The notes: generated by a model from the sequence alone, not told the origin. A stretch of DNA of 40,000 bases from Acinetobacter celticus (GCF_001707755.1 NZ_MBDL01000010.1:107650-147649); one strand, 5' to 3'; counted from the first letter of the stretch, positions 26,012 to 33,211 are shown. Made by a program: numbers and translations.

Positions 26012-26039
26012 AAAAAGCCCGATCAAATGACCGGGCTTT
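26012..26039 (-). terminator. intrinsic terminator after 26051..26269
   Basis: AAAGCCCG/CGGGCTTT 8-bp stem. Confidence 0.6.
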
Positions 26040-26050
26040 CGTTGTTATAA

Positions 26051-26269
26051 TCAATTGAGCTTATTTTTCAATATCAATTCAATTCGACTGGTAGTATCAA
26101 ATATACTCATTTCCGCATATCGCCAGAAACAAAATATTCGCGTACCAATAAGATATTTTTGCTTAATGTAATCAGAGGCCTTACCTCTATGAATTTCTCT
26201 TGCATTGAATCGAGCTTTATCTAGCCTGACTACCCATCCCTCTAAATCACCACCAATACAAATGTACAT
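26051..26269 (-). CDS. hypothetical protein
   Basis: 72-aa ORF followed by terminator 26012-26039. Confidence 0.45.
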   Translation of the reverse strand: MYICIGGDLEGWVVRLDKARFNAREIHRGKASDYIKQKYLIGTRIFCFWRYAEMSIFDTTSRIELILKNKLN

Positions 26270-26339
26270 CCTTGCTGTCCATTTGATTAATTTTCAACCA
26301 TGCCATGAGAGCCTCAATTTGCTCACATTATATTCATAA

Positions 26340-26830
26340 AATAAATTGCACATTTATTCCGTACGGCCCATATATCTAGGCGCCAGCTGTATTCATTTTT
26401 AAACCAGTTAAGGGATAAAACAGCTGGCATAGAACAATCCTGCTATACAGATAACGCATAGCAGGATTGAGTAGTGTGCTTTTAAGGCTACTGATGTGTT
26501 AAGAGGTCGCCAATCCTCAAGTGGTACTCACCTTTTGAAACATATAGAGCCCAAAATCTTCGCGGGGCTAGACGCTACTCACATTCACTAACAACCAAAT
26601 AGGCATGGTCACTTCGCAAAATGCTTTCATTCAATTTCGGGTTGGGTCATCACTCCCGATTCTGGGGGTTCCTGCATATCCTATTCATGCTCGATAAACT
26701 GCATGGGTTGTATCCTCTTTCGTGGGATCTATACGCGCTTACTTAAACAGTCTTTAGCTAATTAGCAAGCTTAAGTGTATGGGCATGGCTTTTCTCCAGA
26801 CAATAAAAAACCACCCTAGGGTGGTTTTTA
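26340..26830. ncRNA. candidate large structured RNA (family unknown, strand unresolved, plus-sense slightly favoured)
   Basis: No ORF of 60 aa or more in six frames across 26270-26858. About 48% GC in two hand-counted lines versus about 32% in a flanking line. Several perfect or near-perfect helices and competing pairings. Ends at bidirectional terminator 26805-26829. Confidence 0.3.
26805..26829. terminator. bidirectional terminator
   Basis: AACCACCC-ta-GGGTGGTT with 6 A upstream and 5 T downstream. Confidence 0.65.
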
Positions 26831-26858
26831 TGAAATTGATTAGTTTTTAAACGATTAC

Positions 26859-27068
26859 TTAGGTCTGCATACCACCTAGGCTAGTACAAAACAGGTTAAT
26901 TGCAGAATTACTTAAAAAGTTTGAAACGGTTAAGATTAGGTTTCTCTTCATAGGCGCCTCCACATTTAGATTAGGGGAATTAGATTGATTGCTTGTTTTA
27001 AATACTACATAACCAAATACAAGTGCAATTAAACCGTAAACTAGTGATGGAATCGAACCATCAGCCAC
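26859..27068 (-). CDS. small membrane protein, first ORF of the late transcript
   Basis: 69 aa with a GTG start. TM segment IPSLVYGLIALVFGYVVF. Weak RBS. Followed by terminator 26805-26829. Confidence 0.35.
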   Translation of the reverse strand: MADGSIPSLVYGLIALVFGYVVFKTSNQSNSPNLNVEAPMKRNLILTVSNFLSNSAINLFCTSLGGMQT

Positions 27069-27122
27069 ATACCCAGACCTAAATAATCTTCTTCAATAAT
27101 AACACAAAAATTGAAAAGCATT

Positions 27123-27144
27123 AAAAAACCCACCAGATGATGAG
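27123..27144 (-). terminator. tR'-like intrinsic terminator ending a roughly 65-nt leader
   Basis: Minus-sense stem CUCAUC/GGUGGG (two G.U pairs, valid only in minus sense) followed by UUUUUU. Confidence 0.5.
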
Positions 27145-27193
27145 CTTTTAATTAACTTTAGTGCTTTACATACACTTCGGTCACTATAGCAGA

Positions 27194-27222
27194 AATATGC
27201 CATATCCCATGCGCACGGTCAA
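27194..27222 (-). promoter_or_regulatory. PR'-like late promoter
   Basis: Minus strand reads TTGACC (27222-27217), a 17-nt spacer, then TGG-CATATT (extended -10, 27202-27194). It lies 13 nt downstream of the Q stop. Confidence 0.5.
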
Positions 27223-27234
27223 CAGATTCTGATC

Positions 27235-27684
27235 TCAATTTAATTTTAAACGCTTATCATGACCACAAAGGAAGAATTTACCTGCATAAACCATGCTCTT
27301 AATTGAAGTTCTTCCGAGAATAAACTCGTTTGCCATCTGATCAAACGACATACCTCGGACATTCTTCTCAATAAAAAGATTAACGGCCACTTTGGCTGAA
27401 TCACAGATACGACTTGAAAATTTTAAATCAATGATAAGTTTTCGCACCTCATTTGCTTCAAAATCATCAATACTGCAAATCAATTGATTCTTACGCGGTG
27501 CCACCCCCTTGTTATTCTCGCAAATCAACCAATAAATCTGATTAACGCCCAAGCGGTCTGGTTCATTCCCTGATTTCATGCGACAGGTTTGAATGTACGC
27601 CCCATACTGCTTAAACCACTCTTCAGCTGTAAACTTTGACCAATCCATTGTTTGTGCTTTTACCGCTACATTCATCCCAATCAC
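27235..27684 (-). CDS. late-gene antiterminator, phage-82/Stx-phage Q-like
   Basis: 149 aa. EEWFKQYGAYI ... LICSIDDFEANEVRKLIIDLK ... NVRGMSFDQMANEFILGRTSIKSMVYAGKFFLCG parallels the LERWGAW...CCDDDA...GMTF...AEG layout of Q82-type proteins. A promoter plus terminated leader lies just downstream. Confidence 0.6.
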   Translation of the reverse strand: MIGMNVAVKAQTMDWSKFTAEEWFKQYGAYIQTCRMKSGNEPDRLGVNQIYWLICENNKGVAPRKNQLICSIDDFEANEVRKLIIDLKFSSRICDSAKVAVNLFIEKNVRGMSFDQMANEFILGRTSIKSMVYAGKFFLCGHDKRLKLN

Positions 27685-28127
27685 CCTATTCGCTTTAAAA
27701 TTTCGTCGATTGCTAAACCGTTTTTTACTTGTTCAGTGCTGTACCGATACACCTGATAACCCAACCCCTGTGCCGAGTTATATTTCGCCATGTCCCCTAA
27801 ATAACCTTTACCCCGTGTATGACGGCCATTACTCCAAATCCCGCCTTCAACCTCAATCAAAATACCCATTCCAATTAAATGAAAATCAGCTCTCCACTTC
27901 CGATCTGCATTAAATTGAAACTCCTGTTCAAAACTGATTTTGTGTGCCTTCAGGTGCTGAGATAAAACCGCTTCACCCTCACTCACCACTCGTTCTTTCT
28001 TGACCGATGCAGGACGCTTGGCCCTGCGTTTCGGTTTATTGATTTTCTTGTACTCAGCGAGTGAGATGCTGGTCACTGGCACCTCGCTTCTCGAAAAAGA
28101 ACACCACTGGATCAGGCTTAATCTCAA
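27681..28127 (-). CDS. Vsr/DUF559-like PD-(D/E)XK endonuclease
   Basis: WRADFHLIGMGILIEVEGGIWSNGRHTRGKGYLGDMAKYNSAQGLGYQVYRYS. The likely true start is GTG 28076 (RBS GAGG, 5-nt spacer) rather than TTG 28127. Confidence 0.65.
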   Translation of the reverse strand: MRLSLIQWCSFSRSEVPVTSISLAEYKKINKPKRRAKRPASVKKERVVSEGEAVLSQHLKAHKISFEQEFQFNADRKWRADFHLIGMGILIEVEGGIWSNGRHTRGKGYLGDMAKYNSAQGLGYQVYRYSTEQVKNGLAIDEILKRIG

Positions 28128-28467
28128 TCAAGCCAAAACGATGTAAATGACGCGCATGAGTGCTATCTCTAAGCAATTGAACATCACGATAGTGCTCAAT
28201 GGATTTACGCCATGATTCAAGGCTCATTGAGTGTTTGTTTATATTGCATGGAACACATGAGGGGTTAAGGTTCTCAATAGTGTCTAGATGTGGCTTATGC
28301 ATTTCACCAGTAGACTTAACACCTCGCTTTGGACACCAAGCTAAAACCCTATCTACCGCTTCAATATGGTCTGCATGCCACTTATCGCCCAACTCACATC
28401 CGCAATATGCACAATGTCCGTCATACTTCATTTTGAGTTCTGCGCGCTGTTTCTTATTCAGTTGCAT
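28054..28467 (-). CDS. HNH endonuclease
   Basis: HCAYCGCEL...WHADHIEAVDR...NLNPSCVPCNINKHS. ATG 28467 has RBS GAGGTGAGC. The track start at 28497 is an upstream extension. Confidence 0.8.
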   Translation of the reverse strand: MQLNKKQRAELKMKYDGHCAYCGCELGDKWHADHIEAVDRVLAWCPKRGVKSTGEMHKPHLDTIENLNPSCVPCNINKHSMSLESWRKSIEHYRDVQLLRDSTHARHLHRFGLIEIKPDPVVFFFEKRGASDQHLTR

Positions 28468-28729
28468 GCTCACCTCGCAGGGCTTCTTCCACCTCATTAA
28501 TCAAGGCCAATGTTTCACACTCGATCATAAATTTTCCAATAAACTTACGATTTTCATTACATACACCTAATGTCGAATTAATACGCTCCTGCAACGCATC
28601 CCGCTCTTTTTTCATCCCGATATAACACCGCTCCATGTTATTCAGCTGAGTTTTAAGCTCTGCAATCTGATCCTGTTGTTCCTGCATCTTCCCGATGTAG
28701 CGCTGATTCATTTCTTTTAAATCACTCAT
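28454..28729 (-). CDS. coiled-coil hypothetical protein
   Basis: 91 aa. Heptad-like, charged, and coupled to its neighbours by overlaps. Confidence 0.5.
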   Translation of the reverse strand: MSDLKEMNQRYIGKMQEQQDQIAELKTQLNNMERCYIGMKKERDALQERINSTLGVCNENRKFIGKFMIECETLALINEVEEALRGEHATE

Positions 28730-29445
28730 GCAACACCTCCCACGCTCTTAAACTCTCGACCCGCTTGCATTAAGGCCTTTGGAAGACTTAAGCCCTCAAC
28801 CTGTAATTCCTTGGTTCGGCTCTCTATCCATGTTTTTTGCTCTGGTGTTTGCACAGGCAACATTGAATTGGGTTTTGTGTCTAAAACCATGGGCTTGTTT
28901 TCTACAGCTTTAGGTTTATCCCAGATCGTTTGTTTTATCCCTTTTTCAGCAAAGTCTTTAATCACATCTGCGTAATTATCCTTGAAGGCCTCATAAGCTA
29001 AATACATCGCTCGATCTGCATTTTTCGCCCAAGTAATTTCCTCAAACATTTCATAACAGCGGTCATACGCATCTTTTTCCGCATTGGTAATGTCTTGTTT
29101 AGAGTCCTTACGCCACTTCAAGATATTCGCTAATGCTGCATGCTTACCTTTGAATGAATCCTGTAAGCGCTGTTGATCAGTGCCAAAGCCAGTGATTCCT
29201 AGGCACCACTTGCGGAACATGGCAGGATCTGGACAAAAACCGTTATCACGAACTTGAGACAATCCGAAATTCACCTGGTCATGGGTTAGTCCATCGATAC
29301 AGATTTTCATTGCAGTATTGATTTGCGCTGTAGCCACACCATCAAAAGTTTTTTCAAATGAACGTGGTGCAATCGCTTTAAAAACACCAACCAGTTGCGC
29401 TGAGTTAATTGGGCCAAGGTTTTGATTAGAAGCCGTAAGTTGCAT
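28726..29445 (-). CDS. lambda P-like replication protein (helicase loader)
   Basis: 239 aa following the O-like gene. GLSQVRDNGFCPDPAMFRKWC parallels lambda P GMRVARRQNRPFLPSPGQFVAWC. Confidence 0.6.
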   Translation of the reverse strand: MQLTASNQNLGPINSAQLVGVFKAIAPRSFEKTFDGVATAQINTAMKICIDGLTHDQVNFGLSQVRDNGFCPDPAMFRKWCLGITGFGTDQQRLQDSFKGKHAALANILKWRKDSKQDITNAEKDAYDRCYEMFEEITWAKNADRAMYLAYEAFKDNYADVIKDFAEKGIKQTIWDKPKAVENKPMVLDTKPNSMLPVQTPEQKTWIESRTKELQVEGLSLPKALMQAGREFKSVGGVA

Positions 29446-30433
29446 TGCCTTGCTCCTCTTGTGCGATTAATTCTTGAATTTCAGACATTCGAGTTGATGC
29501 TTGGGTTTGATTGCTAAAATTACTGCTCAATGAAATGCGAGGTTCAAATAATCCTTGGTGATTACCTTTGATTGCGGTCTTCAAAGAAATATCTGATTTC
29601 TCAATTCCCCACGCCTTAAACTCATCATGGATGGTCTTGAGTGCATTTTTGGTCAATGCGGTTTTTTTGTATTCAGAGCGATTGGTGACAAACTGCTCCC
29701 AGAGATTTGGTGAGCAGAGTTTTTGGATATTGGTTGTGGTCAAATCCATAACTTCATCAAAAGATAATTTACGAGTTTTCTCTTTGCGCTCAGCTACAGA
29801 TTTGGCTTTCTGCTCTGCTTCCATTTTTTGTTGATCAAGGAGATTCTGTTTTTTGATTTCTTGGTATTCAAAGAAATGAGACTGCAAAGGATTTTTAGCC
29901 CGAAGGGTATTATTTAATAATTCTATAATAGTAATTCTATGGGTTAATTCTATTGTGTCTACAGATTTTGTAGTACCTATCACTACAGATTCTGTAGTGG
30001 TGCTATCCATATTTTGTAGTACTACAGATTTTGTAGTGGTACTACATTTTTTGAAGTGCTCAACCAAAGAAACTTCATTAATTTGATACTCATTGCCTTT
30101 GCGACTACTCTCGCTCACGACAGATATAACGCCCAAATCAATCAGCTCTTTAAGGCCTTTACGCACAGTCATGGCACTTATTTTTTTCGCACCTTCCAGC
30201 TTCCCACCTTGAAGTTGAGAATAGCTAACATGGTCTGTGGTTTTGTCTTTAAAGCCGTTAATTCGATCCTCAAGCTCTGCGTACACGTTTCTAGCGGCAT
30301 CGGTTAAGAATGGGCGTACTTCATAACGGTAAAGACGACTCGAAGGCACGTAACCCCTCTCGAACTTGTCTACCATTTTATTTCCTTTAACAAACGGAAC
30401 AATATTGTTCTCGTTTTTTAAGAGAGCTGTCAT
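29426..30433 (-). CDS. lambda O-like replication initiator
   Basis: 335 aa. N-terminal winged-helix pattern ERGYVPSSRLYRYEV...HVSYSQLQ...ISAMTVRKGLKELIDLGVISVV parallels the lambda O N-terminus. Iterons lie in the middle of the gene. Confidence 0.7.
   Translation of the reverse strand: MTALLKNENNIVPFVKGNKMVDKFERGYVPSSRLYRYEVRPFLTDAARNVYAELEDRINGFKDKTTDHVSYSQLQGGKLEGAKKISAMTVRKGLKELIDLGVISVVSESSRKGNEYQINEVSLVEHFKKCSTTTKSVVLQNMDSTTTESVVIGTTKSVDTIELTHRITIIELLNNTLRAKNPLQSHFFEYQEIKKQNLLDQQKMEAEQKAKSVAERKEKTRKLSFDEVMDLTTTNIQKLCSPNLWEQFVTNRSEYKKTALTKNALKTIHDEFKAWGIEKSDISLKTAIKGNHQGLFEPRISLSSNFSNQTQASTRMSEIQELIAQEEQGNATYGF
29918..29953. repeat. A+T-rich triple direct repeat TAATTCTAT adjacent to iterons (likely unwinding element)
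   Basis: TAATTCTAT at 29918-26, 29932-40 and 29945-53. Confidence 0.6.
29959..30046. repeat. origin iterons: palindromic CTACAGATTYTGTAGTR units and half-sites
   Basis: Full units at 29959-75, 29983-99 and 30022-38. Partial unit ATTTTGTAGTA at 30011-21 and half-site CTACA at 30042-46. Each unit has CTACA/TGTAG arms. Confidence 0.75.
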
Positions 30434-30765
30434 TTCTTAGCACCTCCCAGCTTTACTAAGCCACGCTTTTCCAGCTGGCGGATAATTCGAGGTGCGATAA
30501 ACTCGCCATTGACCTTGTAGCGCGTTCTGGACTTCTCTTTGACCTGAATAAGCAAAACACCTTCTTCCAGTTGACGGCGTATCTCTATTGCTTGCCCCCC
30601 CATTTTGGTGGTGTGTTCCATCAGGTAAAAAGCTTCTTGGGCCTCGATACATGCCAGCATTCGAGAACGACGCATAACAGCTAATTCCTTGGCTGTGTAA
30701 ATACGAACAGGCTCAAGTAATGGAATGGTGGTCTCAATTGGCGCTAATGATTGATTTGATTTCAT
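30430..30765 (-). CDS. hypothetical early protein
   Basis: 111 aa with an ATGA-type overlap to the O-like gene. Confidence 0.5.
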   Translation of the reverse strand: MKSNQSLAPIETTIPLLEPVRIYTAKELAVMRRSRMLACIEAQEAFYLMEHTTKMGGQAIEIRRQLEEGVLLIQVKEKSRTRYKVNGEFIAPRIIRQLEKRGLVKLGGAKK

Positions 30766-30995
30766 ACCACCTCTCCCAAACGCTTTCCAGCATTCAATTC
30801 CGCCACACTTGCTGTCCGAATCGAGTGATTAAGAGCGACCTTGGCACCATTATTCATAAGTACACCGCGAGATCTTGCGAATGAAACTGTCATAAGCTCG
30901 TCGTGCATTGAGTCATCAATAAAAACAACGACATCACCGACCAAGAAGTCGGGTTTGTCATCTGTGGGTGGTTGTGGTAAATTTAGTTCGTTCAT
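30762..30995 (-). CDS. hypothetical early protein
   Basis: 77 aa, overlapping the downstream gene. Confidence 0.5.
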   Translation of the reverse strand: MNELNLPQPPTDDKPDFLVGDVVVFIDDSMHDELMTVSFARSRGVLMNNGAKVALNHSIRTASVAELNAGKRLGEVV

Positions 30996-31042
30996 TGAAT
31001 TGCCTATATAATTTTTTGAATACGAAAGCCTGATTCTCTAGA

Positions 31043-31567
31043 TCAGGCTTTTTCTTTTTCTAAATTCGATGTGTACTTTTTCATTTGCTTAAGTGCTGCT
31101 TGATCTACTGCGGTAATCAGCTCAATTAAACTTTGTGTAAGCTGGTGGATATCTTCGTATTCCGCTGGCGTCACTACACCATCTTCATAAGCGTCATACA
31201 CCGCTTTATTCGCTTTGCCATTTGTAATGTTCGAAAGCATCATTGCTTCAAAAATTGAAAGCTCATGGTGTTTGCTTGAATCACAATTCACTGGCACCAA
31301 TGCATAGCCCATTTGATGCGCCCATACCTTCAACACCTCAGGGTTTTGTGTGTACATCATGATTGCTTCGAGCTTTTTAAGGCTTGGCAAATGGTTAGAC
31401 ATGCTCACGTTGCCGTAGTTGCAAATCGTGTTATGTGAGTCACCAGTAACCTGAGCAATTTCTTTCGGTGAAATCCCCTTCGTCTGATTAATCATTTTAA
31501 AAATAGCCGTCTGAGCTTCACGACTTAAGGTTATTTCTTGCATTGTGAAATCCTTGTTTTCTTTCAC
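31043..31567 (-). CDS. CII-like (CP76-type) regulatory protein
   Basis: 174 aa directly after cro. HTH-like GISPKEIAQVTGDSHNTICNYGN. The family call is from memory. Confidence 0.45.
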   Translation of the reverse strand: MKENKDFTMQEITLSREAQTAIFKMINQTKGISPKEIAQVTGDSHNTICNYGNVSMSNHLPSLKKLEAIMMYTQNPEVLKVWAHQMGYALVPVNCDSSKHHELSIFEAMMLSNITNGKANKAVYDAYEDGVVTPAEYEDIHQLTQSLIELITAVDQAALKQMKKYTSNLEKEKA

Positions 31568-31601
31568 GTTTCTTTAAAACAATGGCCGAGTGATAATTGG
31601 G

Positions 31602-31826
31602 TTAGGCAGTTAATTTCTGAAATTCTTTCAGGGATGGGCATAAGTCAGAGGCCTTGAATTTACCGTCTGTGGCTTTTTCCGCTCGCATTGCAATAAGCTC
31701 AGACATATTCCAGCGACCAGACACATACCCACTGATGTTTGCTTGACTAACACCCAAGGCGATGGCAGTGAGTTTCTGCCCGCCAAAGTGCTTAACGAGA
31801 TCTTTGTATAAGGCCTGCATTAGCAT
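31602..31826 (-). CDS. cro: Cro/YdaS-like HTH repressor
   Basis: 74 aa. HFGGQKLTAIALGVSQANISGYVSGRW. Divergent from cI across the operator region. Confidence 0.7.
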   Translation of the reverse strand: MLMQALYKDLVKHFGGQKLTAIALGVSQANISGYVSGRWNMSELIAMRAEKATDGKFKASDLCPSLKEFQKLTA

Positions 31827-31855
31827 TCTCTTATTTAAATATAAGTAACACTTGA

Positions 31856-31884
31856 ATAATATTAGTATTCTAATACTTAGTCAA
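31856..31884 (-). promoter_or_regulatory. PR-like promoter
   Basis: Minus strand reads TTGACT (31884-31879), a 17-nt spacer, then TATTAT (31861-31856). The spacer and -10 overlap operator 31860-75. Confidence 0.6.
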
Positions 31885-31922
31885 TAAGTATTCTTATTTG
31901 AATTATTATTAGTAGCCTAATA
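31860..31922. promoter_or_regulatory. tripartite right operator (three 16-bp palindromes)
   Basis: TATTAGTATTCTAATA at 31860-75, AATAAGTATTCTTATT at 31883-98 and TATTAGTAGCCTAATA at 31907-22. Centre spacings are 23 and 24 bp. Confidence 0.7.
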
Positions 31923-31926
31923 TATT
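31898..31926 (+). promoter_or_regulatory. PRM-like promoter for cI
   Basis: TTGAAT (31898-903), a 17-nt spacer, then TATATT (31921-26). RBS GAGG at 31941-44 and ATG at 31955. Confidence 0.55.
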
Positions 31927-31954
31927 TATTAGATATAAATGAGGCTTTACCCGA

Positions 31955-32626
31955 ATGCTTAAAGATAGACTTAAGGTTGCAAGAAAAAATGCACGCAAAT
32001 CCCAGCTTGAGGTAGCTGAGGCTATAGGGATTACGCAATCCGCATACAGTCAACTGGAGACAGGTAGGGTTGACTCCTCATCACACCTTCCTGCAATTGC
32101 TAGATTCCTCGGGATTGATTCGTATTGGCTACAAACAGGTGAAGGTTCTGCTGACACATTGAATTCTCTGGAGATGTTGGATCCAGTAATCGTCACTGAT
32201 GATCTTAAAAATCAGTTTGTTTGGATTGATGTGGTTGAGGCTAGCTTCTCTTGTGGTACAGGTGAATCCATTGAATTTCACTTCGATGCTATCAATGGAA
32301 AAATTCCCTTCCCACCCGCATTTCTGAAAGATAGAAATGTCACCGAACAAACTATGAAAATCATTAAGGCCAAAGGTGACAGCATGGCTGACTTCATCAA
32401 AGATGGTGACATGGTGGGAATTAATTTAGCTCAGACAGATGTTATAGATGGTGAAATTTATGCAGTGTATTTTGCTGGAGAAGGCATGATTAAGCAGGTA
32501 TTTAAAGAGGCTGATGGTTCACTCATTCTTCATAGTCTTAATGAAAAATACCGCGACAAAATTGTGACTGAAGAAAATGGAAAAAATTTCAAAGTAATTG
32601 GACGCCAGATCTGGCGCGCTGGGTAA
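31955..32626 (+). CDS. cI: CI-type repressor (XRE HTH plus S24 LexA-like peptidase)
   Basis: 223 aa. N-terminal HTH SQLEVAEAIGITQSAYSQLETG. C-terminal KAKGDSMADFIKDGDMV ... GMIKQV gives a Ser/Lys dyad. Confidence 0.9.
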   Translation: MLKDRLKVARKNARKSQLEVAEAIGITQSAYSQLETGRVDSSSHLPAIARFLGIDSYWLQTGEGSADTLNSLEMLDPVIVTDDLKNQFVWIDVVEASFSCGTGESIEFHFDAINGKIPFPPAFLKDRNVTEQTMKIIKAKGDSMADFIKDGDMVGINLAQTDVIDGEIYAVYFAGEGMIKQVFKEADGSLILHSLNEKYRDKIVTEENGKNFKVIGRQIWRAG

Positions 32627-32655
32627 TTGAAATTTCTTAAAGAAAAGGGAATGCA

Positions 32656-32958
32656 ATGATCGCAACACTTAATAAATCTAAAACTGCACTAACAATTAAT
32701 CGTCAAGAATTTAAATTGGCACTAGATAAAATTGGCGCAGGAATTGATAAACAAATAGCCTCACTTAATAAAGCCAAACAAAGCTATGACGCCACGGAAA
32801 TGGCACGCGAGGTCATTAGTGAAGCAAATATTTTTGAAGCTATTATTGAAGGCTTTAACGAAGCAGAAGGCACTAATCTAAAGCTGGCTGACATAACCAA
32901 TCTTGATGCAGCACAAGGCTGGATAGATGAATTTTTAGAAAAGTGTTCTGAGCTATAA
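32656..32958 (+). CDS. hypothetical protein co-oriented with cI
   Basis: 100 aa, helical, 30 nt after the cI stop. Confidence 0.5.
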   Translation: MIATLNKSKTALTINRQEFKLALDKIGAGIDKQIASLNKAKQSYDATEMAREVISEANIFEAIIEGFNEAEGTNLKLADITNLDAAQGWIDEFLEKCSEL

Positions 32959-32995
32959 CCCAGCAAACAAATTAAGGAAATGGCAAATAAACTTG

Positions 32996-33211
32996 ATGCA
33001 AACAATTGAAGTTAATTCCCGCAATATCAGCCATGTGCTTTACCAGCACTTCTTATTGACGGTGGTGCTTAGGACTGGTGAGAGGTTTATTTACAAGCTT
33101 CTTGAGGCAAGTACATTTGCGGAATTTATTGATTCGGAAGATAGGGATAAATATTATAGAAGCCATATTGAGGCAAATAAAAAATTTAAACGGATTCAGC
33201 TTTTTGTGTGA
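32996..33211 (+). CDS. KTSC-domain-like small protein
   Basis: MQTIEVNSRNISHVLYQHFLLTVVLRTGERFIYK...STFAEFIDSEDRDKYYRSHI fits the KTSC pattern. Followed by terminator 33265-33290. Confidence 0.45.
   Translation: MQTIEVNSRNISHVLYQHFLLTVVLRTGERFIYKLLEASTFAEFIDSEDRDKYYRSHIEANKKFKRIQLFV

Noticed and set aside
26270-26858. tRNA, tmRNA or retron msr-msd in the noncoding segment. Stx-type phages carry tRNAs downstream of Q.
   Set aside because: No cloverleaf with a GTTCRANYC T-loop or 7-bp acceptor stem was found on either strand. There is no reverse transcriptase gene in the window.
26051-27068. Idea that 26859..27068 and 26051..26269 are exons of one gene split by a self-splicing intron (26270-26858).
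   Set aside because: A strong terminator lies right after the upstream ORF. The two ORFs show no continuity and no known family. I could not find group I or group II hallmark sequences such as a domain V-like hairpin or a GUGYG 5' end.
28054-28467. HNH endonuclease as evidence for a cos-packaging HNH-terminase module.
   Set aside because: The HNH gene is 5 kb and about ten genes away from terS/terL, so the usual adjacency argument does not apply. No cos or pac site could be identified by eye.
29918-30046. The repeat cluster as a CRISPR-like array.
   Set aside because: The units are 17 bp, irregularly spaced and inside a replication-initiator gene. This is the classic ori-iteron arrangement, and there are no cas genes.
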